From IMG/VR virus record IMGVR_UViG_3300029080_000086, positions 1-6,282 of that record: a stretch of DNA of 6,282 nucleotides; one strand, 5' to 3'. A program made the translations under genes and the position numbers. Under the pieces are notes generated by a model that saw only the letters and a list, made by a program, of their open reading frames with translations, ran no database searches and was not told the DNA's origin. This document shows positions 1 through 6,282 of this stretch, piece by piece. Each line of letters opens with the position of its first letter. The first letter of the stretch is position 1. This DNA is from a virus (lineage: Duplodnaviria > Heunggongvirae > Uroviricota > Caudoviricetes).

Positions 1-768
<768 letters not shown>

Positions 769-835
769 GCGTAGTGGATCAGTAATTCAGGACACCTCGA
801 AATCCTGTTAATGTTAAAACAGTGAAAATGAGGTG

Positions 836-1169
836 ATGCATACTCAAAACTCGTCGGACTAAACGTACCTTTTCCCCGGAGTTCAAGCTTGAAGCTATCG
901 AACAGGTGGTTAAATACCAGCGTGATTTCAGAGAAGTCGCGCTGGCACTCGAGCTCAACCCTGACCATTTGAGTAAATGGATACGGTTGTATAAGCAGGA
1001 ACTTCAGGGTATTGAGCCCGCTGGTAATGCTATTACCCCTGAACAACGCGAAATTCAGCAGCTTAAAGCGCAGATAAAGCGCCTTGAGATGGAAAAAGAA
1101 ATACTCAAGCAGGCTGCCGTGCTGATGAGCGAAATCCCCGGAAAGCTGTCGCGCTACTCACATGGCTGA
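836..1169 (+). pseudogene. IS3-family transposase OrfA (IS911-like organisation), frameshifted near the N-terminus
   Basis: Main frame from 837 gives ...TRRTKRTFSPEFKLEAIEQVVKYQRDFREVALALELNPDHLSKWIRLYKQELQ...ITPEQREIQQLKAQIKRLEMEKEILKQAAVLMSE..., an HTH plus leucine-zipper OrfA. The only upstream ATG (836-838, preceded by GAGG) is in a different frame and hits TAA at 860-862, so a 1-nt indel near 845-860 is likely. The computed ORF needs a GTG start at 906. Confidence 0.7.
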
Positions 1170-1312
1170 AAGCAAAGTGGCCAGTGCGGGTTCTTTGTCA
1201 TTTATTCGGTATTCACCGTAGCGTTTATTACGCGCAGGTGAAGGGTGAAGCGTCCTGTTAATGTGCAAAGAATTGAATTACGAAGTCGGGTGAGGGCTTT
1301 CCATGCTCTCAT
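1170..1312 (+). pseudogene. IS3-family transposase OrfB, N-terminal stub (truncated)
   Basis: Immediately after OrfA the translation ...WPVRVLCHLFGIHRSVYYAQVKG... resembles the start of IS3-family OrfB (L-C-x-x-x-G-x-x-RS-x-YY), then stops. The expected 280-aa catalytic domain is absent. The 3' boundary is approximate. Confidence 0.4.
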
Positions 1313-1370
1313 GTCAACGCCACGATGTTTGACCGTTATTTGCCATTTTCATGCCCGCTAAATACTTTCG

Positions 1371-2223
<853 letters not shown>

Positions 2224-2224
<1 letters not shown>

Positions 2225-3621
2225 TGCTGAATCAGGAAACCGCAAAGGCAGCACGAACCGATTCAGGTTATATCCTTCGCGCACCGAGACGAATGCGGGT
2301 TGCTGATGCCGTTGCTCAGTATATGCGGGTGCCCATGGGGGCAGGGAACTCAGTCCCGTGGGATCCGCTGGTGGCACCGTATGTTATTGAGCCGATGAAC
2401 TGCCTGGCCTCGCGTGAATACGACGCAGTGATATTTGTTGGCCCGGCACGAACCGGCAAGACTATCGGCCTGATTGACGGCTGGGTGATTTACAACGTGA
2501 TTTGCGATCCTGCTGATATGCTGATCATTCAGATGACGGAGGAAAAAGCCCGCGAACACTCCAAAAAACGACTCGCCAGAACGTTTCGCGTCAGCCCGGA
2601 AGTGGTCAGTCGCCTGAGTCCGAACAAAAATGACAACAACGTTTATGACAGAACATTCCTTGCTGGTAACTACCTGAAAATCGGCTGGCCGTCAGTCAAT
2701 ATCATGTCCTCATCAGATTATAAATGCGTCGCGCTGACGGATTATGACCGTTTTCCGGAAGATATTGATGGCGAGGGGGATGCTTTCTCTCTTGCCTCAA
2801 AACGTACCACCACATTTATGTCCAGCGGTATGACGCTGGTGGAGAGTTCCCCCGGCAGGGATGTGAAGGATGTGAAATGGCGACGGACTTCACCGCATGA
2901 GGCTCCACCAACCACGGGGATCCTGTCGCTCTATAACCGTGGTGATCGCCGTCGCTGGTACTGGCCCTGTCCACACTGTGGTGAGTATTTTCAGCCCTGC
3001 GGCGATGTGGTTGCTGGTTTCCGTGATATTGCCGATCCCGTGCTGGCAAGTGAGGCGGCTTATATTCAGTGTCCTTCCTGTTCAGGACGGATTATGCCTG
3101 AACAAAAACGTGAGCTGAACGGACGTGGGGTCTGGTTGCGGGATGGTGAATCCATCAATGCGGATGGCAGTCGTTATGGTGATCCCCGACGCTCACGTAT
3201 TGCGTCATTCTGGATGGAGGGTCCGGCAGCTGCTTACCAGACACTCTCGCAACTCGTTTACAAACTGCTTACTGCAGAACAGGAATACGAGACAACCGGA
3301 AGTGAAGAAACACTCAAGACGGTTATCAATACCGACTGGGGATTACCTTATCTTCCCCGCGCCAGCATGGAGCAACGAAAAAGTGAACTGCTTGAGCAGC
3401 GGGCAGAGCCAGTTCCTTCCCGCAGTGTGCCGGATGGCGTTAATTTCCTTGTGGCGACAGTGGATGTGCAGGCGGGACGTCATCGCCGTTTTGTGGTTCA
3501 GGTAACGGGCTATGGCAGCCGTGGCGAACGCTGGATTATTGATCGTTACAACATCACGCAGTCATTGCGCGGTGACAGCGACGGGGAGAGCCAGCGAATT
3601 GATCCGGCCAGCTATGGGTGA
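2224..3621 (+). pseudogene. Phage terminase large subunit (lambda GpA family), C-terminally truncated at a deletion junction
   Basis: Walker A-like FVGPARTGKT near residue 75; cysteine pairs CPHCGE ... CPSCSG as in lambda gpA (CPHCGEE); ATVDVQ and WIIDR motifs align with lambda gpA DSQLD and WLIDR. The ORF is 465 aa against about 640 for gpA and stops at TGA 3619-3621, just after tape-measure-like sequence begins in another frame. Confidence 0.8.
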
Positions 3622-4468
3622 TCAGCAGAGGCAGCGATATCAGGTACAACTGAGTCTTCGCCAGAAATACCAGCAACAGCTGGAGCAGTTGAGGCGGGAT
3701 AGTGAGCAGAAAGGGACATATAACACGGATGACTACAGAAAGGCCGAGCAGGCGCTGACGGAGAGCCTGAACCGACAACTGAATGAGAATCGCCGTTATT
3801 GGCAACAGCTTGAAATTGCTCAGGGTAACTGGAAAAACGGTGCTATGCGGGCGTTTCAGAATTTCACGGCAGATGCGGATAATGCGGCAGGCACTGCTGA
3901 GCAGATGCTTACAGCGGCATTTAACAGTGCAGGTAATGCACTGGCAACGTTCTGTACTACCGGAAAACTGAACTTCAAATCTTTTACCGCCTCGCTCCTT
4001 TCTGATCTGGCAAAAATCATGGCTCAGATGTCCATGATGCAGGCAGTTAAGGGGATTGGTTCGGCGTTTGGCTGGGGGAGTGCAGCAACTGCCAGTGTGA
4101 CGCCCAATGCTGATGGTGGTGTTTATCAGTCTGCTGATTTGAGTCGCTACAGTGGCACGGTGGTTAACCGTCCGACGTTTTTTGCTTTTGCAAAAGGTGC
4201 AGGTGTGATGGGGGAAGCTGGGCCTGAAGCCATTCTGCCTCTGCGTCGTGGTGCTGACGGTAAGCTGGGGGTTGTGGCGGATATTGGTGGTTCAGGTATG
4301 GCGATGTTTGCCCCGCAGTACAACATCGAGATCAATAACGATGGCACGAACGGGCAGATAGGTCCGGCTGCCCTGAAGGTGGTTTATGACCTCGGGAAAA
4401 AAGCAGCAGCGGACTTTATGCAACAGCAGTCCCGTGATGGTGGTCTGTTCTCCGGAGGTGGACGATGA
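3617..4468 (+). pseudogene. Tail tape measure protein (gpH-like), C-terminal about 284 aa only
   Basis: Gln/Ala-rich, coiled-coil-like sequence followed by a Gly-rich C-terminus. Its stop overlaps the start of a near-lambda gpM (ATGA at 4465-4468), exactly as for H/M in lambda. The first 35 codons of the computed ORF (3512-3616) overlap the terminase in another frame and are probably not tape measure. Confidence 0.65.
4454..4460 (+). promoter_or_regulatory. Shine-Dalgarno (GGAGGTG) for gpM
   Basis: GGAGGTG lies 4 nt upstream of ATG 4465, with stop/start overlap ATGA. Confidence 0.5.
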
Positions 4469-4794
4469 AAACCTTCCGCTGGAAAGTGAAACCCGGTATG
4501 GATGTGGCTTCGGCCCCTTCTGTAAGAAAGGTGCGCTTTGGTGATGGCTGTTCCCAGCGAGCGCCTGCCGGGCTGAATGCCAACCTGAAAACGTACAGCG
4601 TGACGCTTTCTGTCCCCCGTGAGGAGGCCACGGTACTGGAGTCGTTTCTGGAAGAGCACGGGGGCTGGAAAGCCTTTCTGTGGACGCCGCCTTATGAGTG
4701 GCGGCAGATAAAGGTGACCTGCGCAAAATGGTCGTCGCGGGTCAGTATGCTGCGTGTTGAGTTCAGCGCAGAGTTTGAACAGGTGGTGAACTGA
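4465..4794 (+). CDS. M: Phage minor tail protein M (lambda gpM), 109 aa
   Basis: Translation MKTFRWKVKPGMDVAS...VTCAKWSSRVSMLRVEFSAEFEQVVN is near-identical to lambda gpM as recalled (a few substitutions). Length is exactly 109 aa and the stop overlaps the gpL start. Confidence 0.9.
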   Translation: MKTFRWKVKPGMDVASAPSVRKVRFGDGCSQRAPAGLNANLKTYSVTLSVPREEATVLESFLEEHGGWKAFLWTPPYEWRQIKVTCAKWSSRVSMLRVEFSAEFEQVVN

Positions 4795-5492
4795 TGCAGG
4801 ATATCCGGCAGGAAACACTGAATGAATGCACCCGTGCGGAGCAGTCGGTCAGCGTGGTGCTCTGGGAAATCGACCTGACAGAGGTCGGTGGAGAACGTTA
4901 TTTTTTCTGTAATGAGCAGAACGAAAAAGGTGAGCCGGTCACCTGGCAGGGGCGACAGTATCAGCCGTATCCCATTCAGGGGAGTGGTTTTGAACTGAAT
5001 GGCAAAGGCACCAGTACGCGCCCCACGCTGACGGTTTCTAACCTGTACGGTATGGTCACCGGGATGGCGGAAGATCTGCAGAGTCTGGTCGGCGGAACGG
5101 TGGTCCGGCGTAAGGTTTACGCCCGTTTTCTGGATGCGGTGAACTTCGTCAACGGAAACAGTGACGCCGATCCGGAGCAGGAGGTGATCAGCCGTTGGCG
5201 CATTGAGCAGTGCAGCGAACTGAGCGCGGTGAGTGCCTCTTTTGTACTGTCCACGCCGACGGAAACGGATGGCGCTGTTTTTCCGGGACGTATCATGCTG
5301 GCCAACACCTGCACCTGGACCTATCGCGGTGATGAGTGCGGTTATCACGGTCCGGCAGTCGCGGATGAATATGACCAGCCGACGTCCGATATCACGAAGG
5401 ATAAATGCAGCAAATGCCTGAGCGGCTGTAAGTTTCGCAATAACGTCGGCAACTTTGGCGGCTTCCTTTCCATTAACAAACTTTCGCAGTAA
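4794..5492 (+). CDS. L: Phage minor tail protein L (lambda gpL), 232 aa, with C-terminal cysteine cluster
   Basis: Translation MQDIRQETLNECTRAEQS...CTWTYRGDECGY...CSKCLSGCKFRNNVGNFGGFLSINKLSQ is near-identical to lambda gpL as recalled. The conserved Cys residues that coordinate the Fe-S cluster in gpL are present. Confidence 0.9.
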   Translation: MQDIRQETLNECTRAEQSVSVVLWEIDLTEVGGERYFFCNEQNEKGEPVTWQGRQYQPYPIQGSGFELNGKGTSTRPTLTVSNLYGMVTGMAEDLQSLVGGTVVRRKVYARFLDAVNFVNGNSDADPEQEVISRWRIEQCSELSAVSASFVLSTPTETDGAVFPGRIMLANTCTWTYRGDECGYHGPAVADEYDQPTSDITKDKCSKCLSGCKFRNNVGNFGGFLSINKLSQ

Positions 5493-5496
5493 TCCC

Positions 5497-6127
5497 ATGA
5501 CAGAGACAGAATCAGCGATTCTGGCGCACGCCCGGCGATGTGCGCCAGCGGAGTCGTGCGGCTTCGTGGTGAGAACGCCGGAGGGGGAAAGATATTTTCC
5601 CTGCGTGAATATCTCCGGTGAGCCGGAGGAGTATTTCCGGATGTCGCCGGAGGACTGGCTGCAGGCAGAAATGCAGGGTGAGATTGTGGCGCTGGTCCAC
5701 AGTCACCCCGGTGGTCTGCCCTGGCTGAGTGAGGCTGACCGGCGGCTGCAGGTGCAGAGTGATTTGCCGTGCTGGCTGGTCTGCCGGGGTGAGATTCATA
5801 AATTCCGCTGTGTGCCGCATCTCACCGGGCGGCGCTTTGAGCACGGGGTGACGGACTGTTACACGCTGTTCCGGGATGCTTACCATCTGGCGGGGATTGA
5901 GATGCCGGATTTTCATCGCGGGGATGACTGGTGGCGTCACGGTCAGAATCTCTATCTGGATAATCTGGAGGCCACAGGGCTGTATCAGGTGCCGTTGTCA
6001 GCGGCGCAGCCGGGCGATGTGCTGCTGTGCTGTTTTGGTTCATCGGTGCCGAATCATGCGGCCATTTACTGTGGTGACGGCGAGCTGCTGCACCATATTC
6101 CTGAACAACTGAGCAAACGAGAGAGGT
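5497..6127 (+). pseudogene. K: Phage tail tip assembly protein K (lambda gpK; MPN/JAMM plus NlpC/P60 domains), C-terminal tail replaced
   Basis: Translation MTETESAILAHARRCAPAESCGF...VALVHSHPGGLPWLSEAD (JAMM motif H-x-H-x7-S-x2-D) ...GVTDCYTLF...NHAAIY (NlpC/P60-like Cys/His) ...EQLSKRERY is near-identical to lambda gpK up to KRERY. After about 6126 the frame runs on through gpJ-derived sequence out of frame with no stop before the window end. Alternative starts are 5455 (longest ORF) and 5641 (ATG with GGAGGAG upstream, the start of the 199-aa lambda K annotation as I recall it). Confidence 0.75.
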
Positions 6128-6282
6128 ATGACGCCGGACAGCACCACAGACCAGCTGCAGAACAAAACGCTCTGGTCGTCATACACCGAAATCATCGATG
6201 TGAAACAGTGCTACCCGAACACGGCATTGGTCGGCGTACAGGTGGATTCGGAGCAGTTCGGCAGCCAGCAGGTGAGCCGTAA
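6128..6282 (+). pseudogene. J: Host specificity / tail tip protein J (lambda gpJ), internal segment, continues beyond the window
   Basis: Frame from 6128 gives MTPDSTTDQLQNKTLWSSYTEIIDVKQCYPNTALVGVQVDSEQFGSQQVSRN, which I recognise as an internal stretch of lambda gpJ (roughly residues 220-275). The gpJ N-terminal 220 or so residues and all of gpI are absent upstream. Confidence 0.65.

Noticed and set aside
2816-3505. Alternative-frame ORFs inside the large terminase gene (2816-3049 -, 2897-3118 +, 3125-3505 +)
   Set aside because: They are embedded in a well-supported GpA-family coding frame, with skewed composition (His/Arg-rich or Cys/Trp-rich); considered frame shadows.
3512-3616. First 35 codons of the computed 318-aa ORF (MAAVANAGLLIVTTSRSH...)
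   Set aside because: This stretch overlaps the terminase frame where terminase homology is still clear, so it is probably read-through upstream of the true tape measure junction and not part of the tape measure.
4292-4818. Two overlapping 144-aa ORFs on the - strand
   Set aside because: They are antisense to the tape measure C-terminus and gpM, overlap each other in different frames, and have a Pro/Arg/Ser-rich composition; most likely spurious.
4692-5498. 268-aa ORF on the - strand
   Set aside because: It lies entirely antisense to the strongly conserved gpL/gpK coding sequence, has an Arg/Gly/Thr-rich low-complexity composition typical of antisense frames in GC-rich phage genes, and shows no recognisable motifs.
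5512-5940. 142-aa ORF on the - strand
   Set aside because: Antisense to the conserved gpK MPN/NlpC domains, with no start context or motifs; treated as a non-coding shadow ORF.

Overview
No novel biological system is supported in this window; it reads as a decayed lambdoid prophage flanked by a cluster of insertion-sequence fragments, most plausibly from an IS-rich Escherichia/Shigella-type chromosome (inference). Bases 1-1810 hold IS debris: an IS21-family istA 5' fragment (+), three IS3-family transposase pieces (two on +, one on -), a frameshifted IS3-family OrfA with an OrfB stub, and an IS21-family istB 3' fragment on the - strand. Bases 1811-6282 are prophage on the + strand: a small terminase subunit missing its N-terminus, a GpA-type large terminase that ends out of frame at about 3617 where it joins the C-terminal part of a tape measure (gpH-like) protein, then lambda-like gpM and gpL, and gpK whose C-terminus is replaced by an internal segment of host-specificity protein gpJ (gpI absent). 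All protein identifications rest on recalled family sequences, not on a database search. The most informative spots are the two deletion junctions (about 3617 and about 6127) and the IS/phage boundary near 1800.
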